This document shows positions 37,724 through 46,623 of a DNA stretch of 64,000 bases, piece after piece. The position numbers and the translations under genes are program-made. The DNA comes from Phycisphaerales bacterium (lineage in GTDB: Bacteria > Planctomycetota > Phycisphaerae > Phycisphaerales > SM1A02): assembly GCA_030748575.1 (NCBI GenBank), contig JASMLR010000001.1:133900-197899 (forward strand). Reading direction: 5' to 3'. Within the stretch, counting starts at the first letter, position 1. Each line of letters begins with the position of its first letter. Below the pieces are notes generated by a model. It saw only the letters and a list, made by a program, of their open reading frames with translations. It ran no database searches and was not told the DNA's origin.

Positions 37724-38970
37724 GTCTCTCCGATCGAGACGCGGTTCACGCGCCCCTCAGCGATGGTCTTGACGCCACTTCCGAGTTCGCCGATTGGATC
37801 GGGGGGAACGATGTCGACCTGTTTCTCACCCAACTTGGCATCGCCTGCGCGAACGAGTTCCTGAAACGACCGGCACTCTGACAGCAGGCGGGAGAGGATT
37901 TCCTCTTCCGGGACGTTGGCGACGCGGCGGCCCTGTACATAGATGATGCCCCGCCGGTCTCCGGCGAACACGGCAATGTCCGCACCTTCGGCTTCCCCCG
38001 GGCCGTTGACGACGCACCCCATGACGGCCACCTTCATGGGCACCTGGATCTCGTCTGCGAGCTTCTCTCGAACGTCCTGTACGAGTCTGAACAGGTCAAC
38101 CTGAATGCGGCCGCACGTGGGGCACGCGATCAGTTCGGCGCCCGTTCGTTCGCGCAGGCCGAGTGACCAGAGCATTTCAAGGCCGTCCTCGACTTCGAAC
38201 ACCGGGTCGCTTGCATAACTGATTCGAAGTGTGTCGCCAATGCCTTCGGCCAGAAGCGTGCCCAATGCGACGACGCTTCGGATGGCGCCCGTTTCGCGAG
38301 GCCCGGCGTGGGTGACGCCAAGGTGGAGGGGGTAGTCGAATCTCCGCGAAATCTCACGATACGTGTCGATGGCGAGCCGGGCGTCCATCGACTTGGCGCT
38401 GATGCACACATCGTGGAAGCCCTTCGACTCAAAGATCTCGAGGTACTCCTCGAGTTTCGCAATCATGAGCGCCATCAGATGACCCTGGCGGTGGTCGGCG
38501 AAGAACTTGCCCAGTTCTTCCATACGCCGCTGCTTGTCCTTGCGCTCAATGATCGAGCCTTCGTTCACGCCGATGCGAATCGGGATGGATCGTTCGGCGC
38601 ACGCGTCGATGACGCTGTTGACCTGATCACGATCGTCAATGTTGCCCGGGTTGAGGCGGATCTTGTGGATGCCCGCCTCGATGGCCTCAAGTGCCCGTTG
38701 ATAGTGAAAGTGCACGTCTGCGACCAGCGGCACCCGAGTCTGCGAGAGAATCTCGGGCAGCGCTTCCGTATCGGCCCGCTTCGGCACAGCGACACGGACG
38801 ATGTCGGCGCCTGCAGCTGCCATCCGGTTGATCTCGGCGACGCAGGCGTCGACGTCGTAGGTGTAGCCGGAGGTCATCGTCTGTACGGAGACTTCGGCGT
38901 CGCCGCCGACGCGGACCCTGCCGGTCCGGTCGTCCCCGACTGTGATTTGACGCGTGGTTCGGCGTTCCAT
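37720..38970 (-). CDS. ispG: 4-hydroxy-3-methylbut-2-en-1-yl diphosphate synthase
   Basis: It is a full-length GcpE with TIM-barrel and 4Fe-4S parts (CPTCGR, MGCVVNGPGE). Confidence 0.95.
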   Translation of the reverse strand: MERRTTRQITVGDDRTGRVRVGGDAEVSVQTMTSGYTYDVDACVAEINRMAAAGADIVRVAVPKRADTEALPEILSQTRVPLVADVHFHYQRALEAIEAGIHKIRLNPGNIDDRDQVNSVIDACAERSIPIRIGVNEGSIIERKDKQRRMEELGKFFADHRQGHLMALMIAKLEEYLEIFESKGFHDVCISAKSMDARLAIDTYREISRRFDYPLHLGVTHAGPRETGAIRSVVALGTLLAEGIGDTLRISYASDPVFEVEDGLEMLWSLGLRERTGAELIACPTCGRIQVDLFRLVQDVREKLADEIQVPMKVAVMGCVVNGPGEAEGADIAVFAGDRRGIIYVQGRRVANVPEEEILSRLLSECRSFQELVRAGDAKLGEKQVDIVPPDPIGELGSGVKTIAEGRVNRVSIGET

Positions 38971-38978
38971 GTTCGAAG

Positions 38979-38984
38979 AGTGTA
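38979..38984 (-). promoter_or_regulatory. -10-like box TACACT 8 nt upstream of the ispG ATG (implies a leaderless transcript)
   Basis: The minus strand reads GGCACCTACACTCTTCGAACATG. There is no room for a Shine-Dalgarno. Confidence 0.4.
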
Positions 38985-39005
38985 GGTGCCACCGGCCCGG
39001 GGCTG

Positions 39006-41573
39006 CTACTCCTCGAAGCGGTCGAGTTCCACGTCCTCGCCGGGGAGCAGGAGATCCGCGATGGGGGTGCCTTCCGGGATCGGATCGCCATCGAGCCTGC
39101 AGATGACGGGTCTCGGGTTTGCCTTCTCATGCGCCTCGAGCGCGGATTCCAGAGACGCCTTGATTTCTTCGTCCAGCGTCGTCCACTTGCCGCGGCCCCG
39201 GCACTTGGGGAAGCCGCTGCATCCCAGCCACGGGCCCCGCTTGCCCATTCGAAGATTGAGTGGCTTGTCGCACTTCTCGCACTTCAACTCAGTCTGCAGT
39301 GGCGGCACTGCCGGAATCTTCAGGCCACCCTTCTTGTCGACGTTGAGCACGGCCTTGACGTCCGGGTAGTTCACCGACGCGAGGAAAGGTCCGAACCGGC
39401 CCTGCCGCAGGATCATGGGCGAATCGTCTTCGGGGCAGGCCACATTCACGCGTTGCTCAAGTTGCGGCTTTCCGTCCCGGTCCACACCGGTTGCAAAGGT
39501 GCAATCGGGATAGGTTGAGCACGAAAGGAAGCGGCGGCCACTTCTGGCCAGACGGTACGCCGTACGTGCGCCGCACTCCGGGCACTTCCAGTCCGCGGGT
39601 GTCATTTCCGCTCGGGCGTGCGTCATCGACTCGTACGCTTCCGACAACGCGTCCGCGAACGGGCCGTAGAAACTCCTCAGCGTTTTGACCCAATCCGCAT
39701 CCGCCGCCGCGACCCGATCCAGATCGGATTCCATGGAGCGTGTGTAACCCACGTCCATCAGCCGCGGAAAGGCCTCGACGAGTTTCTCGGTGACAACTTC
39801 GCCGACCGGCGTCGGGTGGAACGAGCGGTCGACCTTCTCGACGTACTTCTGCTGGATCTTCTCGATGATGGTGGCGTAGGTGGACGGACGCCCGATGCCC
39901 TCCCGCTCCAGGTGCTTGATGAGCGCCGACTCGGTGTACCGCGCGGGCGGTGTGGTGAACCGCTGGCGGGGGTCGATGCCAAAGGCGGCCAGTTCGTCGC
40001 CCTCCTGCAGGTCTGGAAGGGTCTGCTCGCCCTCTGACGTCGGTACGCCGGCGGCCTTGTACCAGCCGTCGAAGTGCAGCGAGCGGCCGGCAACCTTGAG
40101 TTCGGCCCCGGACTGGGTGTCGGACCTTCGCAATCGGAACTCCGTACGGTTCCACACGGCCGGAACCATCTGCCCGGAGACGAATCGCTTCCAGATCAGG
40201 GTGTACAGACGTCGTTGGTCCTCCTGCAGCGATGCCGGAAGATCCTCCGGGCGGCGGCGAACGTCTGTCGGGCGAATGGCTTCATGGGCCTCCTGCGCCT
40301 GCCGGTTACTGGAGTGGTAGGCATTGGGTTTCTCGGGCAGGTAGTCCTTGCCCCAGGTGTCGTCGATAAAGGCTCGGGCGGCTGCAATCGCTTCGGGCGC
40401 CACGTGTGTGGAGTCCGTTCGCATGTATGTGATCAGGCCCACCTGGCCTTCGCCCGGCATGTCCACACCCTGATACAAGCCCTGCGCTGCGCCCATCGTC
40501 CTCCGGGCCGTGAACCCGAGTGTGTTGGCGGCCGCAGCCTGCAGGCTGCTCGTGATGAACGGCGCATGCGGCCGGGACTTTGATTGCTTCTTCTGGATGG
40601 CGCTGACCTGCCAGCGGGCGTCAGGATCCGGCGTGCCCGTCAGCCGCAGTTTTCGCGCGGCCGGTCCCTTGCCGTTCTCATCCTGAGTCTCTTCAATCGT
40701 GGGGTTGAGCAGCCCGAGGGCCGCGCCCATGTGAAGAATGTTTGCGCGGTGTTTCTGCTCGCGATCACCGTCGGCCGTCCAGTCCGCGTGGGGGAGTTTC
40801 AAATCTGCCCGCTCCCCGTCGAGCTTCGCCAGGGATGCAGACAGGCATCCATTGGTGGCGAGCCACGCGGCGATGTCCTTCTTTGTCGGAGGCTGGTCAC
40901 CGGACTGAAGCGTCTGCCAACCGTCAGCGAGCGTCCCGCACGCTTCGGGGTTGGCGGTCAGTCGTACGGAGGCCTCCCAGTACTCATCCGGAATGAACGC
41001 TCGAATCTCGGCCTCTCGCTCAACGATGAGCCGGACAGCGGGGGACTGAACGCGGCCGGCGCTCAAGCCGCCGGCAACTCGTTGCCAGAGCAGAGGGGAA
41101 ACCTGATAGCCCACAATCCGGTCGATGATGCGGCGAGCCTGTTGCGCCTTCACGCGATCAAGGTTGATTGGCTCCGGCTCGGCAAACGCCGCGGCAATCT
41201 CAGCCTTCGTGATGGCATTGAACGTCACACGCCTGGCCGTCGCCGGATCAACCTTCAAGCACTCTGCCAGATGCCACGCAATCGCCTCTCCCTCGCGGTC
41301 AAGGTCGGTCGCGAACCAGACGGTCTCGGCGGCCTTGGCCAACTTGCGAAGTTTCGTCACGACCTTCTTGGAGTCGGCGGAGACCTCGTAGGTTGGCTGG
41401 AAGTCGTTTTCGAGGTCTACGCCCGGAACCGGAGCCTTGCTTCCCTTGGGATTCCGCTTGGGCAGATCCCGGATGTGGCCCACCGAAGCTTCGACCGCCC
41501 AGTCATCGCCGAGGTAGCGTTGAATGGTCTTGGCCTTGGCAGGACTTTCGACGATGACGAGATTGGCAGCCAT
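39006..41573 (-). CDS. topA: DNA topoisomerase I
   Basis: It has the Toprim LVIVESPAKAKTIQRYLG, the active-site Tyr region, and C-terminal Zn ribbons (CPECG, CEKCDKPL, CSGFPKC). Confidence 0.95.
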   Translation of the reverse strand: MAANLVIVESPAKAKTIQRYLGDDWAVEASVGHIRDLPKRNPKGSKAPVPGVDLENDFQPTYEVSADSKKVVTKLRKLAKAAETVWFATDLDREGEAIAWHLAECLKVDPATARRVTFNAITKAEIAAAFAEPEPINLDRVKAQQARRIIDRIVGYQVSPLLWQRVAGGLSAGRVQSPAVRLIVEREAEIRAFIPDEYWEASVRLTANPEACGTLADGWQTLQSGDQPPTKKDIAAWLATNGCLSASLAKLDGERADLKLPHADWTADGDREQKHRANILHMGAALGLLNPTIEETQDENGKGPAARKLRLTGTPDPDARWQVSAIQKKQSKSRPHAPFITSSLQAAAANTLGFTARRTMGAAQGLYQGVDMPGEGQVGLITYMRTDSTHVAPEAIAAARAFIDDTWGKDYLPEKPNAYHSSNRQAQEAHEAIRPTDVRRRPEDLPASLQEDQRRLYTLIWKRFVSGQMVPAVWNRTEFRLRRSDTQSGAELKVAGRSLHFDGWYKAAGVPTSEGEQTLPDLQEGDELAAFGIDPRQRFTTPPARYTESALIKHLEREGIGRPSTYATIIEKIQQKYVEKVDRSFHPTPVGEVVTEKLVEAFPRLMDVGYTRSMESDLDRVAAADADWVKTLRSFYGPFADALSEAYESMTHARAEMTPADWKCPECGARTAYRLARSGRRFLSCSTYPDCTFATGVDRDGKPQLEQRVNVACPEDDSPMILRQGRFGPFLASVNYPDVKAVLNVDKKGGLKIPAVPPLQTELKCEKCDKPLNLRMGKRGPWLGCSGFPKCRGRGKWTTLDEEIKASLESALEAHEKANPRPVICRLDGDPIPEGTPIADLLLPGEDVELDRFEE

Positions 41574-41615
41574 GGGGGTCTTCAGGAGCGGGGTGCAGAA
41601 TGCCCCGGGGGGGGC

Positions 41616-41644
41616 GTTATGGTGGTCGGCCGTCCGGCTGTCAA
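41616..41644 (-). promoter_or_regulatory. candidate sigma70-like promoter of topA (TTGACA-N17-CATAAC)
   Basis: On the minus strand, TTGACA lies at 41644-41639, then a 17-nt spacer, then CATAAC at 41621-41616, about 42 nt before ATG 41573. Confidence 0.45.
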
Positions 41645-41657
41645 GGCTTGAGCGGGA

Positions 41658-42626
41658 TCAAAGTTCGGATTGGCCCTCGGGCCCACCCCCGTCGGCCTTC
41701 CAGGCCAAGGCTGCCGTAAGCGACTGCTGCGCAATGGGTTCCGGGTCCATTGTGGGGGCGTCTACCCACGTCAGATTGGGCAGTACCTGAAATCTTCGAA
41801 GCCAGGTCCGCTGCTGCTTGCCGAGGCGTCGGGTCTTGATCTTGATCTGCTCGACCGCCTCGTCCAGCGTGCAGCGGCCCTCGAGGTGGTCCAGGATCTG
41901 GGCATAGCCGACGGCGGCGGCCGCCTGGGGCCCCAGGCTGCCTCGCTCATGCAATGCCTGGACTTCGGCCAGCAGTCCGTCCTGCATCATGGCGGCGACT
42001 CTCGCATTGATCCGGCGGTTGATCAGATCGGTGGGCCACTGCAGGCCAACAATCACGACGTCCTTGCGGCAGGCCTCGGTCCACTGGATCTGAGCGGCCG
42101 ACAACGCTTCGCCCGTGCCGCGGGCGTACTCGAGGGCTCGGATCGTCCGCCGCAGATCATTCGGGTGAATGCGGTTCGCTGCCGCCGGATCCCGCCGCTG
42201 CAGCTCTGCCCGCAGTGCTTCCGGGGGCATGCCGCGGAGTGCGGCCCTGAGTTCCGGATCAGGCTCGGGACCGTCCACGAGCCCGAACAGGAGCGCCTGG
42301 ACGTACAGGTTGGTGCCTCCCACAACGATCGGCCATTTCTCCCGCGATCGAATGTCGTCGATCGCCGCCTCGGCGCCGCGGAGCCAGTCGTCCACCGTCC
42401 ACGGGGCGGCTGGGTCGGCGACATCGAGCATGTGGTGCGGAATGCCCCGCCGCTCTGGCAGGTCGGGGGTCGCCGTTCCAATGTCCATGCCGCGGTAGAC
42501 CTGCATCGAATCCGCGGACACGCACTCGCCGCCGCCCGGCAGCAGTTCTGCCAGACGAATAGAGACGGTCGTCTTCCCGCCCGCGGTCGGTCCGAGCAGC
42601 AGGATGATGGGGCGGGTGGTCGTCAT
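41658..42626 (-). CDS. miaA: tRNA dimethylallyltransferase
   Basis: It has the P-loop LLLGPTAGGKTT and the motifs DSMQVYRGMDIGT and HHMLD. The start is ATG 42626. Confidence 0.9.
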   Translation of the reverse strand: MTTTRPIILLLGPTAGGKTTVSIRLAELLPGGGECVSADSMQVYRGMDIGTATPDLPERRGIPHHMLDVADPAAPWTVDDWLRGAEAAIDDIRSREKWPIVVGGTNLYVQALLFGLVDGPEPDPELRAALRGMPPEALRAELQRRDPAAANRIHPNDLRRTIRALEYARGTGEALSAAQIQWTEACRKDVVIVGLQWPTDLINRRINARVAAMMQDGLLAEVQALHERGSLGPQAAAAVGYAQILDHLEGRCTLDEAVEQIKIKTRRLGKQQRTWLRRFQVLPNLTWVDAPTMDPEPIAQQSLTAALAWKADGGGPEGQSEL

Positions 42627-42725
42627 GGGGTTCGGTCGTCCACGAGGGGAGCCGCGTCCGAGCACTCCAACTGGACCGGGTACCGTACGCAATTCGCTCT
42701 CGCCCCGCACCAGGGAGAATCTGTC

Positions 42726-43940
42726 GTGCGCACCAGAACCGTGAAGGATGTCGACTGCAAGGGTCGCCGCGTGTTGATTCGCGTCGACTTCAACGTTCCG
42801 CTCGCGGAGGATGGGTCGGTGCTGGACGATCGTCGCATCTCAGCCGCCCTTCCAACCATTCAGCATGTCATCGCCCATGGCGGTATCGCGATCCTGATGA
42901 GCCACTTTGGCCGGCCTGCCGGCACCGGCCCGGAGCCGTCATGCTCGCTGCGACCGGTGGCTGCGAGACTCCGTGAGTTGGTCGGAAGCGGGCAGAATGT
43001 CAACTTTGTCGAGGGGTCGTGCGTGGGCGAGGCCGCGTCGGCCGCCATCGCCGGCGCGCAGGCCGGCGACATTGTCCTTCTGGACAACCTGCGGTTTGAG
43101 GCAGGGGAGAAGTCCAATGATGCCGCCTTCGGCGCGGCGCTTGCGACGGGCGTTGACGCCTACGTCAATGACGCCTTTGGTACAGCGCATCGAGCACACG
43201 CTTCCATGGTCGCTGTTCCCCATGCGATGGCAGGCGCGCCCTGCGCAGCGGGGTTGCTGCTTGAGAAGGAGATCCACTTCCTGTCGGATGTCCTGCACAA
43301 TCCGACGCGGCCGTTCGTTGCCGTACTCGGCGGCGCCAAGGTGTCAGACAAACTTGCTGCGATTGAAAACCTGCTTCCGAAGGTGGACACCGTGCTCGTG
43401 GGCGGCGCGATGGCGTACACGTTCCTCCATGCCCAGGGAGGGGCCATCGGAGAGAGTCTTCTGGAACGGGGCATGGTTGAAGTCGCGGATCGGCTGTTGA
43501 AGGAGGCCGCGGCCAGCGACGTGGAACTTCTGTTGCCGACCGATCATCTCTGCGGCACAGGGATCGAGGCTGGCGGTGAAGTGCGGACCTGTGAGCTGGG
43601 TGTTCCGCCGGGGTGGATGGGCCTCGATATCGGCCCGGAAACGGTGGAGCGGTGGTCGTCGGTGCTGCACAAGGCGAAGACGATCGTCTGGAATGGCCCG
43701 GTCGGCGTCTTTGAGACGCCACCATTCGATACCGGCACCATGGCCCTCGCCCGCGCCGCGGCCGAGGCCACGAAGAAGCACAAGGCCGTGACGGTCGTTG
43801 GTGGTGGTGAGACCGCTGCTGCGGTTGAGCGGGCGGGGCTCGCCGATGCGATTTCCCACGTGTCGACCGGCGGCGGCGCGAGCCTTCGGATGCTTGAAGG
43901 GGCCGAACTGCCCGGTCTGGCTTCCTTGGATCGAGTCTGA
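42726..43940 (+). CDS. pgk: phosphoglycerate kinase
   Basis: GTG 42726 has GGGAGAA 7 nt upstream. Motifs are RVLIRVDFNVP and GGGASL. The upstream part of the 756-aa tracked ORF is antisense to miaA and is not coding. Confidence 0.9.
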   Translation: MRTRTVKDVDCKGRRVLIRVDFNVPLAEDGSVLDDRRISAALPTIQHVIAHGGIAILMSHFGRPAGTGPEPSCSLRPVAARLRELVGSGQNVNFVEGSCVGEAASAAIAGAQAGDIVLLDNLRFEAGEKSNDAAFGAALATGVDAYVNDAFGTAHRAHASMVAVPHAMAGAPCAAGLLLEKEIHFLSDVLHNPTRPFVAVLGGAKVSDKLAAIENLLPKVDTVLVGGAMAYTFLHAQGGAIGESLLERGMVEVADRLLKEAAASDVELLLPTDHLCGTGIEAGGEVRTCELGVPPGWMGLDIGPETVERWSSVLHKAKTIVWNGPVGVFETPPFDTGTMALARAAAEATKKHKAVTVVGGGETAAAVERAGLADAISHVSTGGGASLRMLEGAELPGLASLDRV

Positions 43941-43944
43941 GCGC

Positions 43945-43950
43945 TATACT
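43945..43950 (+). promoter_or_regulatory. -10-like box TATACT downstream of the pgk stop, upstream of the thioredoxin-like gene
   Basis: The sequence is GCGCTATACTCGG, 42 nt before ATG 43993, with TGGAG in between. Confidence 0.35.
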
Positions 43951-43992
43951 CGGCCAACCGGGGTGGTTGATACCGGAAGTTATTGGAGCCCC

Positions 43993-45063
43993 ATGATGAC
44001 GAATAGCGTCCAGCGTCTCAGTCGTGTCCGAAGTGCCGTTTTGTGTGCGGCGGTCGCCTGTGCGGTGTCGACGCCTGCGGTGGCCATGGACGTACTGAAG
44101 GTAGGTGACATGGCGCCGGAGTTCAGCGTCGAGAGTTGGCTTCTTCCATCCGAGAAGGGACTGGATGTCAACCTCACGGACGGCAAGGTTCACGTCGTGG
44201 AGTTCTGGGCGACGTGGTGCGGTCCGTGCAAGTTCTCCATCCCGCACCTGACACGGCTTCAGCAGGAGTGGGGCGAAGATCGCCTGCAGATCATTGGTGT
44301 GAGCAATGAGAAGCTGGAAGACGTCGAACCCTGGGTGGAGCGGAATCTGTCGCAAATCGGCTATGCCATCGCCGTTTCCGCAGCCCGGGGCGTGCAGAAG
44401 AAGTGGTACAAGGCTGCCCGGCTCTCGTCCATTCCGGTGGCGTTCATTGTCGGGCCTGCTGGCCGGATTCAGTACATCGGCAATCCGAACGGCGAGGACT
44501 TTGAACACACGCTGACCAAGGTTCTGAGAGGTCGCTTTGATGCGGCCAAGGAACGCGAGGCGGCGCCGATGCTCAAGGACCTGCGGGCGCAGAAGGACGC
44601 CAAGAACTGGCGGCAGTACGAGCGGATCGCCAACGAAATCATCGCGCTCGATCCCCGAGTCTTCATCGATGTGCAGATGGACCTCTTTCAGACCCGCATT
44701 GTCGACATGAACCGAAAGGACGAGGCATACGCCGCCGTCAACACGTTTGTAGAGAACGCAATCGAGTCGGACCCTGAGGGCATTGTGTTGTTTGCGGAGC
44801 ACATTGTTTCTGCCCCGGAGATTCCGGATGAGGACCGCGATCTCGAGCTTGCCTTGAAGTCGACGAAGCAGGCGATCGAGCAGTTCGATGACCCTCGACG
44901 ACAGGCGGCCGCCCTGAAGGTGATGGCCGCGGTGCACTTCAAACGAGGCGAGAGCGACGAGGCGGTCTCTGTGGCTCGTGACGCCTACCGGCTGGCGCCG
45001 GCCGATGCGAAGGACGACTATCGTGAGCAGTGGATCGAGTACAAGCGTCAGGCCAAAGGCTGA
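43993..45063 (+). CDS. secreted thioredoxin-like (TlpA/ResA-type) protein with a C-terminal helical, TPR-like extension
   Basis: It has a signal peptide (SAVLCAAVACAVSTPAVA), the redox motif EFWATWCGPCK, and about 230 aa of helical repeats. Confidence 0.75.
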   Translation: MMTNSVQRLSRVRSAVLCAAVACAVSTPAVAMDVLKVGDMAPEFSVESWLLPSEKGLDVNLTDGKVHVVEFWATWCGPCKFSIPHLTRLQQEWGEDRLQIIGVSNEKLEDVEPWVERNLSQIGYAIAVSAARGVQKKWYKAARLSSIPVAFIVGPAGRIQYIGNPNGEDFEHTLTKVLRGRFDAAKEREAAPMLKDLRAQKDAKNWRQYERIANEIIALDPRVFIDVQMDLFQTRIVDMNRKDEAYAAVNTFVENAIESDPEGIVLFAEHIVSAPEIPDEDRDLELALKSTKQAIEQFDDPRRQAAALKVMAAVHFKRGESDEAVSVARDAYRLAPADAKDDYREQWIEYKRQAKG

Positions 45064-45064
45064 G

Positions 45065-45754
45065 ATGGAATTGACGGGGTTCTCGCGGCCTGCAGAGGCC
45101 GGCGAGCGTCAGGTCGGAGCGTCGGTCCTTTCCGCCGATTTCGGCCAACTCGCCGATCAGGCTTCCGCGGCACTCCGTGCGGGCGCGTCGTCGCTGCACG
45201 TGGACGTCATGGACGGGCACTTTGTGCCGAATCTCTCGATGGGCCCGGCGGTGTGCGCGTCGCTACGGAACCACGTGCCCGATGCGGTGCTCGATGTCCA
45301 CCTGATGGTGACTCGGCCCGACACGTTTGCTCCCTTGTTCATTGATGCCGGCGCAAGCCACGTGACGTTTCATATGGAAGCGGAGGTTGACCACGTCGGC
45401 CTCGCCGGGCGTATCCACGACGCCGGATGCACGGCGGGGCTCGCGATCAACCCGGACACACCCGTCGATCGCATGCTTGAGATCGCCAGCGCGTTCGACC
45501 TCCTGCTGGTGATGAGTGTGCATCCCGGTTTTTCAGGCCAGAAGTTCATCGATGCGGTACTTCCCAAGGTCGAGTCACTTCGCGCGGCGCTTGGGCCGGA
45601 CGTCTGGATTCAGATGGATGGCGGCGTGTCGCCGACCACGGCTCCAGCGTGCCGGGATGCCGGATGCAATCAGTTGGTGAGCGCGTCGGCGATCTTCGGA
45701 AGCAGCGACTACGCCGCCGCCATCAAGGGTATTCGTGGTCTCGGCACCTCCTGA
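45065..45754 (+). CDS. rpe: ribulose-phosphate 3-epimerase
   Basis: Motifs are HVDVMDGHFVPNLSMG and VMSVHPGFSGQKF. ATG 45065 follows the upstream stop by 1 nt. Confidence 0.9.
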   Translation: MELTGFSRPAEAGERQVGASVLSADFGQLADQASAALRAGASSLHVDVMDGHFVPNLSMGPAVCASLRNHVPDAVLDVHLMVTRPDTFAPLFIDAGASHVTFHMEAEVDHVGLAGRIHDAGCTAGLAINPDTPVDRMLEIASAFDLLLVMSVHPGFSGQKFIDAVLPKVESLRAALGPDVWIQMDGGVSPTTAPACRDAGCNQLVSASAIFGSSDYAAAIKGIRGLGTS

Positions 45755-45771
45755 TATCCTCTGCGGCAGAC

Positions 45772-46623
45772 ATGGCCGAACCGACCCCCCGAACCTGGAA
45801 TGACGCCGACCTGGCGACAGCGACCCGCAAGAAGCAGGTCCCTGAGGGCTTGTGGGTCCGGTGCGAGAAGTGCGGCGCCATGCTCTTCCGCCGCGCACTT
45901 GAGAACAACCTCAGCGTGTGCCCCGAGTGCGACAACCACTTTCGCATCTCTGCGCCCGATCGCATCGCCCAGATCGCCGACCCGGGTTCGTTTGACGAGA
46001 TTGCCTCGGATGTGCAGTCGACCGATCCGCTTGGCTTTGTGGATACCAAGCCCTATCCCGATCGCCTCAAGGCCGCCAAGTCCAGGACCGGCGCCGACGA
46101 GGCGGTGCAGTGCGGCTCGGCGTTCATCAAGGGCCGGAAGGCCATGCTCGTGGTGATGGACTTTCGGTTTCTGGGGGGGTCCATGGGATCGGCCGTCGGA
46201 GAACGCATTGCGCGGGCCGTGGAGGAAGCGATTTCGCAGGACCTTCCGCTCGTCATCGTTTCGGCTTCCGGCGGGGCACGCATGATGGAGTCCGGGCTCT
46301 CGCTCATGCAGATGGCCAAGACGTCGGCGGCGCTGGCGCGTTTCGATGAGGCGGGGGGGCTGTACATCTCGGTACTCACCGATCCAACAACCGGGGGCGT
46401 CACGGCGAGTTTCGCCATGTTGGGCGACGTGACGCTCGCGGAGCCTGATGCGCTCATCGGGTTTGCCGGGCCGCGTGTGATCAAGAACACGATCCGTCAG
46501 GATCTCCCTGAGGGGTTCCAGCGGAGCGAGTTCCTGCTCAAGCACGGCTTTGTGGACCGCGTTGTGGCTCGACGAGATCTTCGTAGCGAGATTTCCAGCC
46601 TCATCGACTATGCCGGAAAGTAG
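45772..46623 (+). CDS. accD: acetyl-CoA carboxylase carboxyltransferase subunit beta
   Basis: It has the N-terminal Zn ribbon CEKCGAMLF...CPECDNH and the carboxyltransferase core FLGGSMGSAVGE. Confidence 0.9.
   Translation: MAEPTPRTWNDADLATATRKKQVPEGLWVRCEKCGAMLFRRALENNLSVCPECDNHFRISAPDRIAQIADPGSFDEIASDVQSTDPLGFVDTKPYPDRLKAAKSRTGADEAVQCGSAFIKGRKAMLVVMDFRFLGGSMGSAVGERIARAVEEAISQDLPLVIVSASGGARMMESGLSLMQMAKTSAALARFDEAGGLYISVLTDPTTGGVTASFAMLGDVTLAEPDALIGFAGPRVIKNTIRQDLPEGFQRSEFLLKHGFVDRVVARRDLRSEISSLIDYAGK

Noticed and set aside
41670-42725. N-terminal 352 aa of the 756-aa plus-strand ORF that ends as pgk
   Set aside because: This part is antisense to miaA (P-loop and DMATase motifs on the minus strand). 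PGK homology begins only at GTG 42726, which has a good SD (GGGAGAA).
43165-44937. 590-aa minus-strand ORF
   Set aside because: It is antisense to the pgk 3' end and the thioredoxin-like gene (WCGPC motif on the plus strand). It is an Arg/His/Leu-rich artefact.
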